The notes under the pieces are model-generated. The model saw only the letters and a list, made by a program, of their open reading frames with translations. It was not told where the DNA came from and searched no databases. The translations under genes and the position numbers were made by a program. Below are positions 1 through 7,206 of a DNA stretch of 64,000 nucleotides, piece by piece. The stretch is from a virus. The DNA is taken from IMG/VR virus record IMGVR_UViG_3300050343_000212; one strand, given 5' to 3'. Every line of letters begins with the position of its first letter. Positions within the stretch are counted from its first letter, which is position 1.

Positions 1-277
1 CGAACTTTCTTACATACCAGAGGAAATCCTTCTGAAAGACTCCTTCTCCACTGATACAAAATTCATCACAAAGTGCGTTGAGTCTAGACTTTGTTGTAAC
101 TGATTGCCAACCACCATCAAAGATTGACATAGTAGTATCATCAACAACTGCAATTTTGTTACCGTGAAGATATACAATAGAGAGATCATCTCCCACATAT
201 TGTACTTCAGTATTACCAGACTTCCAAGACTTATTGTCTTTGATTGCCTGACACATTTGGGATTCGATCTTTCTCAT
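1..277 (-). CDS. conserved cyanophage hypothetical protein, runs off window edge
   Basis: Manual translation MRKIESQMCQAIKDNKSWKSGNTEV...GGWQSVTTKSRLNAL; open to position 1; preceded by copy 1 of the repeated upstream motif. Confidence 0.8.
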   Translation of the reverse strand, partial: MRKIESQMCQAIKDNKSWKSGNTEVQYVGDDLSIVYLHGNKIAVVDDTTMSIFDGGWQSVTTKSRLNALCDEFCISGEGVFQKDFLWYVRKF

Positions 278-303
278 GGTGTTGGTTGGAAGTGTCTTAC
301 ACC

Positions 304-334
304 TATAGGGCAGTTTAGAGGTGAGTAACTTTAA
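304..334 (-). promoter_or_regulatory. repeated upstream motif, copy 1
   Basis: Core TTTAGAGGTGAGTAA at 314-328, 37 nt from the ATG at 277. Confidence 0.75.
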
Positions 335-346
335 TTCATTGATGAT

Positions 347-478
347 TCATCTTGTTTGTTGAATTGTTGAGTCATAATATTTCATCATTTTAGTGTCACG
401 TTCTGATAGGAATAACATGTAGCATGTAAGACCTATGAACACAAAGATCATACCTAGAAAATACTGAGTAAAGTTCAT
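347..478 (-). CDS. small membrane protein (43 aa)
   Basis: Manual translation MNFTQYFLGMIFVFIGLTCYMLFLSERD...; one hydrophobic segment. Confidence 0.55.
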   Translation of the reverse strand: MNFTQYFLGMIFVFIGLTCYMLFLSERDTKMMKYYDSTIQQTR

Positions 479-567
479 TTTGTTTCTGTGGTGTCATAAT
501 AACGTATAGTTGAATGAAACTTATCGATTGGATCTTCCTTCATACCTAATACTTGCTCTATCCTATC

Positions 568-735
568 TTAGAATACGTTGGTCCATGAATGATGCTTTGC
601 AGCACTAATCCTACCATCTTTGAGTAATCCATCACACACTTGACAGAATACTTCAAACTTTTCCAATCGTGTCAGGTTAGCATCAATTTTGTTTGAAGTT
701 TCACCGACGACTTTGAGTAGTTGTGTTTTGAGCAT
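568..735 (-). CDS. hypothetical protein, paralog of 4196..4357
   Basis: MLKTQLLKVVGETS...CDGLLKDGRIS...SWTNVF; likely start at 735 rather than 771. Confidence 0.7.
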   Translation of the reverse strand: MLKTQLLKVVGETSNKIDANLTRLEKFEVFCQVCDGLLKDGRISAAKHHSWTNVF

Positions 736-739
736 GATG

Positions 740-1004
740 TTAGTTAGTGACGTAAGTTTGTGCGATTGCATCAGTCTTAAACTTTCTGCATAGTTTAAAC
801 AGCAGTTTTAAATCATCCTTAATCACATATCGAAACGAGATGATTCGATGATAAACTTATCATCCTCCAACCATACTTGTGGGAGTTGTTTTTTGTAGAT
901 AGGGAAGTCATGGTATAAATCCATACGGCACATTCTGCATCTTCTCCCTGTTGTTCAATCATTCGTGATACTTTGTCTTGAAGTTGCTTGAGAGTGTAAT
1001 TCAT
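740..1004 (-). CDS. apparent fusion of two hypothetical genes (N-part 1004-~918, C-part ~916-740)
   Basis: MNYTLKQLQDKV...WIYT followed in another frame by YHDFPIYKKQLPQVWLEDDKFIIESSRF/YVIKDDLKLLFKLCRKFKTDAIAQTYVTN*. Confidence 0.45.
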
Positions 1005-1006
1005 GA

Positions 1007-1174
1007 TTAGTAGTGATACTCAGTGTCGGTTAGTACGGAAAGATAGTGATAGATTCTCTTATAACATTTTCGATTCATATCTTCATCTTCACCAATGAAT
1101 TCGAAACAATAACGAAGACGATTGTAAGGGTCTTCTAAGTGTTTTTGGATTTCAGTTTGTGTCATCTTATTCAT
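1007..1174 (-). CDS. hypothetical protein (55 aa)
   Basis: Manual translation MNKMTQTEIQKHLEDPYNRLRYCFEF...; packs tightly between neighbours. Confidence 0.6.
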   Translation of the reverse strand: MNKMTQTEIQKHLEDPYNRLRYCFEFIGEDEDMNRKCYKRIYHYLSVLTDTEYHY

Positions 1175-1176
1175 GA

Positions 1177-1404
1177 TCAAAGTTCCTCCATCATTTCGTC
1201 AAGTTCAACTAGGTTAAGATTAATATCATCCAACTTTACTCCATCTAAAGTTGTTGCACCTTCCTCAAAATTACGACGAACAAAATCCTGATAAGAATAA
1301 GAACGACGTGCTAAGTTATACAAACCTTCGTCATTACCAATCCAAAGTGCTACATTCCAGGTCTCATAATTCTCCCAACCGTTGTACGTGGTGTCTTCGA
1401 TTGT
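1177..1404 (-). CDS. conserved phage hypothetical protein (YNGW.NYETW family), start unresolved
   Basis: Open frame ...EDTTYNGWENYETWNVALWIGNDEGLYNLAR...DEMMEEL*; no in-frame ATG, probably a sequence error. Confidence 0.65.
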   Translation of the reverse strand, partial: TIEDTTYNGWENYETWNVALWIGNDEGLYNLARRSYSYQDFVRRNFEEGATTLDGVKLDDINLNLVELDEMMEEL

Positions 1405-1549
1405 GGTTTGACATCATCTTTGCGTTCAGTGCCCTACATCCAGGATATAAATGTTCTGCCTGTTTGTATGCTCGATGAGTCGATTCTGCCATCACTGTGA
1501 TAACAATGTGACGACCACCTTTAGACAATGTGACTTTGAATTCATTCAT
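1364..1549 (-). CDS. hypothetical protein (3' end uncertain)
   Basis: ORF track MNEFKVTLSKGGRHIVITVMAES... Confidence 0.5.
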   Translation of the reverse strand: MNEFKVTLSKGGRHIVITVMAESTHRAYKQAEHLYPGCRALNAKMMSNHNRRHHVQRLGEL

Positions 1550-1586
1550 GATGGTTGTTAATTAGTGTGAGTGTAAAGTAATAGAT

Positions 1587-1779
1587 TCAACGAACATAGA
1601 GGAATGAACCGTAAGGATCTACCAACCCAGGATACTGTGCCAATGATTCAATAAAGAAACGAATACCCTTAGCAGGTGCCTTATAGGATCGGGTTTGTAA
1701 CATGCTCCAGTCTCTTTGTCGATGAACATGAATACACCCTCAGTCTCATATGAACCATCGGAGTTAACACGTTGAATCC
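1587..1779 (-). CDS. C-terminal remnant of a conserved cyanophage protein (FIDKETG.CYKPASYKAPAKG motif)
   Basis: IQRVNSDGSYETEGVFMFIDKETGACYKP / SYKAPAKGIRFFIESLAQYPGLVDPYGSFLYVR*, with one base missing near 1688; no start codon. Confidence 0.55.
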
Positions 1780-2892
1780 CTTGGCGGTAGAGATACCAAC
1801 CTTAGAATAAACAGGGACAACACAGAACCCATAGGTCTTCGATTGTCCACCTTTGCGAAGAACACGACCGATAGTCTGAGTCATCTCAATGATATTCATG
1901 TTCCTCATGAAGATGACACATTCCAGTTGCGACACGTTGATACCTTCAGACAGAATCGAGCGATGAAGTACAACAAACTTTTTGTCTGTATCTTTACCCC
2001 ATGCATTCAGTGTCTCGAAGAATACTTCACGACTGACTTTCTTACCATCAACAACAGCACCTGTCTTTGCAGTTATGTAGAGGTAAGAATATCCACGTTG
2101 TGCAAGTTGGTCTGCAAAGTCAGTCTCAAAGATCGTGGTGAGTTGTTTCGTAGTCTTAGAACATACTAGGATCTTTTTGATATCCATCTCATCAATCGTG
2201 GAGAGAATATTGTTACTCTCAAGGTGTGGAGTAATAGATGCTCTGTCCACCTTATCCATCTCGATCACCTTCACTTTAGGGGGAAGGATGAATCCACCAT
2301 TAACAAGTTCGGGTGCAGATACGCGAGTGATGATGTCACCGTAGATCTCACGATCGTTCATCCCTGGTTTGTTGATAGTGAGCGAAGTCCTACGGGTTGC
2401 AGTGAAGTAGTAACAACGATCTGCATGACGTGAGAAATACTCTGTAGGACCGAAGAAGTTACGTTGAACCGAGTTATGTGCCTCGTCAAAGTAAATCGTG
2501 TCTACAGGGATTCCAGACTCTTGCACACGGTGCAAAGAATGATATGTCGTGAAGATGATGACATGTTCACGAACGGTTTGACACATCTCCACAAACAACT
2601 TGATGCGTTCTGATTTAGTTGTCTTGAAATGTTTGGTTTCTCCACTATGAACATGGAGAACATTTGCGTTTGTGATGTGCTCCAGATACTCAGAACAAAG
2701 TTGTTCTGCAAGAAGAATACGAGGTGCGACAACAACAATCACACGAGGAACTTTGATCTCAAAACGACGCATAGCGTCCATGATTGCGATCAGAGTCTTA
2801 CCACCACCAGTCGGAACAATCACCTGACCGATAGCATTCTGTTTGAGTGCATCGAGTCCACGTTGCTGGTGTGGACGGAGGGTGATTGTCAT
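1681..2892 (-). CDS. SF2 DEAD/DEAH-box (ResIII-like) helicase, C-terminus apparently replaced
   Basis: Walker A PTGGGKT, DEAH, TAT motif, SEGIN, QTIGRVLR. Confidence 0.9.
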   Translation of the reverse strand: MTITLRPHQQRGLDALKQNAIGQVIVPTGGGKTLIAIMDAMRRFEIKVPRVIVVVAPRILLAEQLCSEYLEHITNANVLHVHSGETKHFKTTKSERIKLFVEMCQTVREHVIIFTTYHSLHRVQESGIPVDTIYFDEAHNSVQRNFFGPTEYFSRHADRCYYFTATRRTSLTINKPGMNDREIYGDIITRVSAPELVNGGFILPPKVKVIEMDKVDRASITPHLESNNILSTIDEMDIKKILVCSKTTKQLTTIFETDFADQLAQRGYSYLYITAKTGAVVDGKKVSREVFFETLNAWGKDTDKKFVVLHRSILSEGINVSQLECVIFMRNMNIIEMTQTIGRVLRKGGQSKTYGFCVVPVYSKVGISTAKGFNVLTPMVHMRLRVYSCSSTKRLEHVTNPIL

Positions 2893-2910
2893 AATGTAGG
2901 TGTCTATAAC

Positions 2911-2940
2911 TATAGGGCAATTTAGAGGTGAGTAACTTTA
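2911..2940 (-). promoter_or_regulatory. repeated upstream motif, copy 2
   Basis: Core at 2921-2935 plus TATAGT on the minus strand, upstream of the helicase ATG. Confidence 0.75.
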
Positions 2941-3087
2941 TTGAATAACGTTTGAGGGAGGTCTCATGAGCCTTTCGAGTGCAGATTTTGCCTCTTGTCT
3001 CCTCTCTGCCTCACTATCTGGAGAGAAGATGTTAATAGTGGCAACGAACAATGAACCGATTGCAATGAGGTAAAGAAAACGAATCAT
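2938..3087 (-). CDS. small membrane protein (49 aa)
   Basis: Manual translation MIRFLYLIAIGSLFVATINIFSPDSEAERRQEAK... Confidence 0.55.
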   Translation of the reverse strand: MIRFLYLIAIGSLFVATINIFSPDSEAERRQEAKSALERLMRPPSNVIQ

Positions 3088-3093
3088 GATGAA

Positions 3094-3972
3094 TTAGTTG
3101 AAACGACCGTCAGTGAAGTTAGCGTATGCAAACTCTTCACGATTGACAAGTTTGAATGAAACCTTCTCAGTGTGGAATACATAACCCTCACCATCAGTTT
3201 CTACATCATCAAAAATGAAACTACGAGGTGCATCATTGATAATCATAGAATTCATGATGTCTTCTTTGATCTCGATAATCAGTTGATAAAGATTGGTGAG
3301 ATAGACACAACCAAGAATATCAAATAGGTTGGAATCAGTCAACTCACGACCCTCTTTGACCAGGGAATTGATCTTCTGTTTCGCAACATTTGCCTCTTTA
3401 GTTGTCAGGAACTGAACCTTAGAGGTGTTCAGATTCGGTGCAGTTTCATTGGAAGGAAGACGATCGATAGAAGGTTGCACCCACTTGATGATAGCGGTGT
3501 CATCTAAGATCTCAATCAATGGTTTACATGTTGCGTCACACATAGGACCATCAACAAATACCTGAGTGTGAGGTGCAATCACCATCTTTTGAGAGATTTT
3601 CTCAGGGAAAAGATAAGAAATAGTGTTAGGTTTTAGGAGTTGAGTCCGACCAAAACCCAACCAATCACCCCAATAAATGTTCTCTGTACGGGGCAGATAC
3701 TTGATACAATATGACAGGATCTCAACGACTTCTATTTGATGACCAAAGTGAGTGAAGATGTCATCTGTAGTATAACAAAGACGAATCTTTTTCTTGTTGA
3801 ATGCTGCTTTGGTACAAACAAAAAACTTACCATTCTCAGGATTAGTACCCCAAACAAGTGACATACCATCCATCTTCATAGTAATATCTGCGGGTGCATA
3901 AAGTGCATCAATCACAGAAACATCACCCGTGAGGATAAGATCTTCAGGATGTTCGAGATGGGTGGAAGTCAT
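3094..3972 (-). CDS. RNA-ligase-like nucleotidyltransferase (HLEHxED family)
   Basis: KMDG (motif I), YWGDW (III-like), EGYV (IV), FKLV (V). Confidence 0.55.
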   Translation of the reverse strand: MTSTHLEHPEDLILTGDVSVIDALYAPADITMKMDGMSLVWGTNPENGKFFVCTKAAFNKKKIRLCYTTDDIFTHFGHQIEVVEILSYCIKYLPRTENIYWGDWLGFGRTQLLKPNTISYLFPEKISQKMVIAPHTQVFVDGPMCDATCKPLIEILDDTAIIKWVQPSIDRLPSNETAPNLNTSKVQFLTTKEANVAKQKINSLVKEGRELTDSNLFDILGCVYLTNLYQLIIEIKEDIMNSMIINDAPRSFIFDDVETDGEGYVFHTEKVSFKLVNREEFAYANFTDGRFN

Positions 3973-3994
3973 AATGTTTGTGGTGTCTTACATC

Positions 3995-4030
3995 AATGGG
4001 GCAGTTTAGAGGTGAGTAACAATAATACTC
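3995..4030 (-). promoter_or_regulatory. repeated upstream motif, copy 3, with imperfect hairpin
   Basis: Core at 4005-4019; GTGAGTA-N7-TACTCAA. Confidence 0.75.
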
Positions 4031-4193
4031 AACGTTTTTGTGAAACATTGTTAATCACCACTTTATCTGTGGGATACCTTGACTCTACAAGTTCAATGAT
4101 AAATCGACGCTCTGCACGGTCAGATTCGATCTCAAAATCATGTCTTGCTCCACGTCTATCATACCATGCACCTTTGCAAGTGTAAACTGTCAT
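4029..4193 (-). CDS. hypothetical protein (54 aa)
   Basis: Manual translation MTVYTCKGAWYDRRGARHDFEIESDRAERRFIIELVESRYP... Confidence 0.65.
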   Translation of the reverse strand: MTVYTCKGAWYDRRGARHDFEIESDRAERRFIIELVESRYPTDKVVINNVSQKR

Positions 4194-4195
4194 GA

Positions 4196-4357
4196 TTAAA
4201 AAGGATGTGTCCAGGATTGTTGTTGTTTTTTGGTGATTCTTCCGTCTCTCAAGAGACCATCCACAACATGATTGAAGACCTGTTGTTTCTCTTCTCTTGA
4301 CAGATTATGAGGTTTAGAAGTCTCACGGACCACACGAATTACATCAGTTTTTGTCAT
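4196..4357 (-). CDS. hypothetical protein, paralog of 568..735
   Basis: Manual translation MTKTDVIRVVRETS...VVDGLLRDGRITKKQQQSWTHPF. Confidence 0.7.
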   Translation of the reverse strand: MTKTDVIRVVRETSKPHNLSREEKQQVFNHVVDGLLRDGRITKKQQQSWTHPF

Positions 4358-4553
4358 CTTTAATCATTCTTGTGAGAGTTTCGCGAATAACTCTGAGACT
4401 GGATCGCGAATAACCTATCGAATATGGTGCAGTTTTCTCTACATTACGAGGATCATATTTGTCTACTGTGTAATCAACATTAGACAAAACTTTCATCGTA
4501 TCTTCGATACCTTCAAGAAGGATTTCGAGTTCATACTTATGAATAGTGATCAT
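4344..4553 (-). CDS. hypothetical protein
   Basis: ORF track, 69 aa, overlaps neighbours in operon style. Confidence 0.6.
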   Translation of the reverse strand: MITIHKYELEILLEGIEDTMKVLSNVDYTVDKYDPRNVEKTAPYSIGYSRSSLRVIRETLTRMIKDDKN

Positions 4554-4672
4554 GATTGCTCCTCCTCAAGTTTAACACATTTGTCCATAATTTCACGGAG
4601 TTCTTCTAACTGTTTGTAGAAATCTTCCATGTCATAGATCTCACCGGGTGAGTCTTGAATTTCTTCCCACAT
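4550..4672 (-). CDS. small acidic hypothetical protein (40 aa)
   Basis: Manual translation MWEEIQDSPGEIYDMEDF...; ATGA overlap with next gene. Confidence 0.55.
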   Translation of the reverse strand: MWEEIQDSPGEIYDMEDFYKQLEELREIMDKCVKLEEEQS

Positions 4673-4674
4673 AT

Positions 4675-4857
4675 TCACTTACCGTTTGTATATTCACCTA
4701 GAAGTTGATAATGTCCTTTGACATTATAATATCCAACCTCTGCGTATCCATACTCTTCAGATAAATTGAAACATAAATCCCATGCCCTGTCAAGATCACC
4801 GAAACAATCGGTATTCTCATAAGGATCAGATGGACATTTAACAAGGTAATTAATCAT
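4675..4857 (-). CDS. hypothetical protein
   Basis: ORF track, 60 aa, directly downstream of motif copy 4. Confidence 0.65.
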   Translation of the reverse strand: MINYLVKCPSDPYENTDCFGDLDRAWDLCFNLSEEYGYAEVGYYNVKGHYQLLGEYTNGK

Positions 4858-4880
4858 AGTGGTTTAAAGTGTCTTACATC

Positions 4881-4910
4881 TATGGGGCACTTTAGAGGTG
4901 AGTAACTTTA
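4881..4910 (-). promoter_or_regulatory. repeated upstream motif, copy 4
   Basis: Core at 4891-4905. Confidence 0.75.
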
Positions 4911-5111
4911 ATTGCTGTGATTTTCCATAAATTCATCAAGTGTGTAACCCTCTCCAGTTGATGTTTCCTCAATCAATTGTTCGATTGTAAGTTCTTCCAT
5001 ATCTTTGCGATATTCTTCTGGTGTTGGATCTTCTGGGTCATAATCATCATGGCAGAGATATTCCCACTCATGAACAAGTGCGTCCACAAGTTGTTCTTTA
5101 GTATAATTCAT
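4908..5111 (-). CDS. conserved acidic cyanophage hypothetical protein
   Basis: MNYTKEQLVDALVHEWEYLCHDD...LIEETST. Confidence 0.7.
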   Translation of the reverse strand: MNYTKEQLVDALVHEWEYLCHDDYDPEDPTPEEYRKDMEELTIEQLIEETSTGEGYTLDEFMENHSN

Positions 5112-5116
5112 TATAA

Positions 5117-5719
5117 TTAAGTGCTCATTCTTTTATTGACACGTCCAAGAATCTTTGTTTTACCCTTAGCATCAGGATTGGTTCCAGTTTCTTTCTTATA
5201 CTTAGAAGTTTCTTGATCTTTCATGATACCTTTTAGGTATCTTTCACCCTCTCCACGTATCTTGTCACGTTCTGCACGAGTCTTACCACTTGATTGTGCA
5301 GGTTTGTAGTTAGGAGACACTTTCTTAGGTGTTGTTTTCTTTGTCAGAAGTTTAGATGCTTCTTTTTCCTTTGATCTGCTAGTTTCAGGAGTAGATTTAT
5401 TACCTGCCTCTCTCGCTTTACGTTCTCTATATGCCTTACGTTGTGCTTCTTTAGCAGAAAGTGCTGCTGTTCCTCTTTCTTTTGTTGGTTGTTGTTCTGT
5501 TTCAGAACGTTTACGTTGACTACCAACATCTTTACGATCTTTATATGACACAGGTGCAGTTTTACCACCACCGATTGCCTTAACTCGGCGTGTCTCTGCC
5601 TCGGACTTCTTCCTCTTACGATATACTCTACCACCCTCACCTGATTGTCTAATAGAGGCACCACCTGCTAGTTCATCAGGAATCGAAGCTTCTGAGATAA
5701 ACTCTCTAAATGTTTTCAT
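5117..5719 (-). CDS. highly basic protein with T4-type capsid-targeting N-terminus (putative internal head protein)
   Basis: Starts MKTFREFISEA; K/R-rich; late promoter upstream of its operon. Confidence 0.55.
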   Translation of the reverse strand: MKTFREFISEASIPDELAGGASIRQSGEGGRVYRKRKKSEAETRRVKAIGGGKTAPVSYKDRKDVGSQRKRSETEQQPTKERGTAALSAKEAQRKAYRERKAREAGNKSTPETSRSKEKEASKLLTKKTTPKKVSPNYKPAQSSGKTRAERDKIRGEGERYLKGIMKDQETSKYKKETGTNPDAKGKTKILGRVNKRMST

Positions 5720-5907
5720 CAGACTGTCTCCGTAGTAGCATTATTCCAACCGCCATTTGTACCATAAGGGTTACTCATGGCATCATTAGCTGATGATTTA
5801 TTAGGATAAACTTTAGCTAATGATTTATCGTCAGACCAAGAGGTTCCAGATACAAAATAGACAGTTTTACTACCAAGAATTGATTGTTTTTTGATAATTT
5901 GTGCCAT
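5719..5907 (-). CDS. hypothetical protein, probably late-expressed
   Basis: ORF track, 62 aa; ATAAATA 22 nt upstream. Confidence 0.65.
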   Translation of the reverse strand: MAQIIKKQSILGSKTVYFVSGTSWSDDKSLAKVYPNKSSANDAMSNPYGTNGGWNNATTETV

Positions 5908-5928
5908 CTATTTGCAGGTCTTTAGATA

Positions 5929-5935
5929 TATTTAT
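5929..5935 (-). promoter_or_regulatory. T4-type late promoter ATAAATA
   Basis: tatttat on plus strand, upstream of ATG 5907. Confidence 0.6.
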
Positions 5936-5976
5936 CTCATATATGAGTGCATGATAATATCGACTAATTTCAACTA

Positions 5977-5999
5977 AAGGGAGATCATTGACCTCCCTT
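5977..5999 (-). terminator. hairpin terminator
   Basis: AAGGGAG-N9-CTCCCTT just after the stop of 6009..6215. Confidence 0.55.
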
Positions 6000-6008
6000 A
6001 CATATCAA

Positions 6009-6215
6009 TCAACCTTCCTCTCCTTTAGATTTTCCAGCTTCAGATGGCCCAACCCATACAAGTCCATTATCATAAAAGGACTTAACACGATCTCGGCGAA
6101 GTTCAAGAAGAAGATCATACTTTTGTTTTTGGGAACCAGTAAAACTAAAGTTCTGATCTGTATATGTTTTCTTCATCTCCATAAGTTCACGAAGTACAGC
6201 GGAGTTGTTGATCAT
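6009..6215 (-). CDS. conserved cyanophage hypothetical protein
   Basis: ORF track, 68 aa, downstream of motif copy 5. Confidence 0.7.
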   Translation of the reverse strand: MINNSAVLRELMEMKKTYTDQNFSFTGSQKQKYDLLLELRRDRVKSFYDNGLVWVGPSEAGKSKGEEG

Positions 6216-6240
6216 GATGAGTTAGTTGTCTACAGTGATG

Positions 6241-6274
6241 AGGCAGTTTAGAGGTGAGTAATAATAATACTCAC
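6241..6274 (-). promoter_or_regulatory. repeated upstream motif, copy 5, with perfect 7-bp hairpin
   Basis: Core at 6247-6261; GTGAGTA-ATAATAA-TACTCAC at 6254-6274. Confidence 0.75.
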
Positions 6275-6288
6275 AATTTAGTTGGCAG

Positions 6289-6459
6289 TTACCAACTATC
6301 AGGGGTACTGAGATCCTCAACGTATGCGGTGACACTTTCGGCACCTTGAACATCGAGAACTTTTTCCCAGTCAATGTTATGAGGTTGGAAGTCGTTAAGG
6401 ACATCCAATTCTAGTGTAATTCTGTACTTGGTCTTTTGTGCATATTGGAAGGAAGGCAT
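6289..6459 (-). CDS. conserved cyanophage hypothetical protein (56 aa)
   Basis: Manual translation MPSFQYAQKTKYRITLELDVLNDFQPHNIDWEKVL...AYVEDLSTPDSW. Confidence 0.7.
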   Translation of the reverse strand: MPSFQYAQKTKYRITLELDVLNDFQPHNIDWEKVLDVQGAESVTAYVEDLSTPDSW

Positions 6460-6488
6460 AAGTCAGACCCCTGATTGATTACCCATAA

Positions 6489-6517
6489 ACTATAAGGTAT
6501 ATAGCGTTCTGTGTCAA
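6489..6517 (-). promoter_or_regulatory. sigma70-type early promoter
   Basis: TTGACA-N17-TATAGT. Confidence 0.8.
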
Positions 6518-6711
6518 GATTTGGTGTTCACTTCCTGTTCTGTCACACTAGGGGTATCGAAAAACAATGTTTTTACATTTCCTGCAATGATAAACCCATT
6601 TGTAATCACTAACTGGAGCATAATAAAAGTGCGGATAATGGCAATCTTATCCGCCTCCTTTACATCTCTACCCTCTTTTTGCCCTAATGCTTTAGCCCAC
6701 AATCTCCACAT
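6514..6711 (-). CDS. conserved small membrane protein
   Basis: MWRLWAKALG...EADKIAIIRTFIMLQLVITNGFIIAGN. Confidence 0.75.
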   Translation of the reverse strand: MWRLWAKALGQKEGRDVKEADKIAIIRTFIMLQLVITNGFIIAGNVKTLFFDTPSVTEQEVNTKS

Positions 6712-7194
6712 TTATTTAATTTTAAGTTTATATGCTAATGAAATTCTCATAGGACATTTTTGATATGAATATGAATACCCTTTATGATACATATTACCAT
6801 CAAATAGTAGTAGTCTGTTTTGCACTGGTGGAACAATGAATTGTTCTTCTATAGAGTGTACAATCTGTGTAAATCCACCCCAATTAGGGTGATACTCACT
6901 GATGTATATGAGTGCGGTTATGTCACATCCATCTATATGCAATTCTCCTTCTCTACCAGAGTGTTGACCATTAAAATAAATTCTTTCAAGTTCTGTATCA
7001 ACTCCTATCTCTCGTTGAATTTTATTATATAATGTTTTATTGAAATATTTGATGTGACTCACATCCCACATCAAAAATGAGTCACTATCTCCTGGTAAAC
7101 TAGAGTGTAATTTCCAATTAGCTTGACTAAGTTGGAAATTAATCTCATCTAGATCATAACTTTTAATAAAATTATCAATTATTTTTATATCCAT
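6712..7194 (-). CDS. 2OG-Fe(II) oxygenase
   Basis: HID (HxD), WGGFT, NRLLLFDG..YH, RISLAY. Confidence 0.85.
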   Translation of the reverse strand: MDIKIIDNFIKSYDLDEINFQLSQANWKLHSSLPGDSDSFLMWDVSHIKYFNKTLYNKIQREIGVDTELERIYFNGQHSGREGELHIDGCDITALIYISEYHPNWGGFTQIVHSIEEQFIVPPVQNRLLLFDGNMYHKGYSYSYQKCPMRISLAYKLKIK

Positions 7195-7206
7195 TAAAAG
7201 TTCAAA

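Noticed and set aside
304-6274. Repeated 15-mer as a CRISPR or mini-array
   Set aside because: Copies are 0.9-2.6 kb apart with whole genes between them and sit at a fixed distance from start codons; no spacer periodicity.
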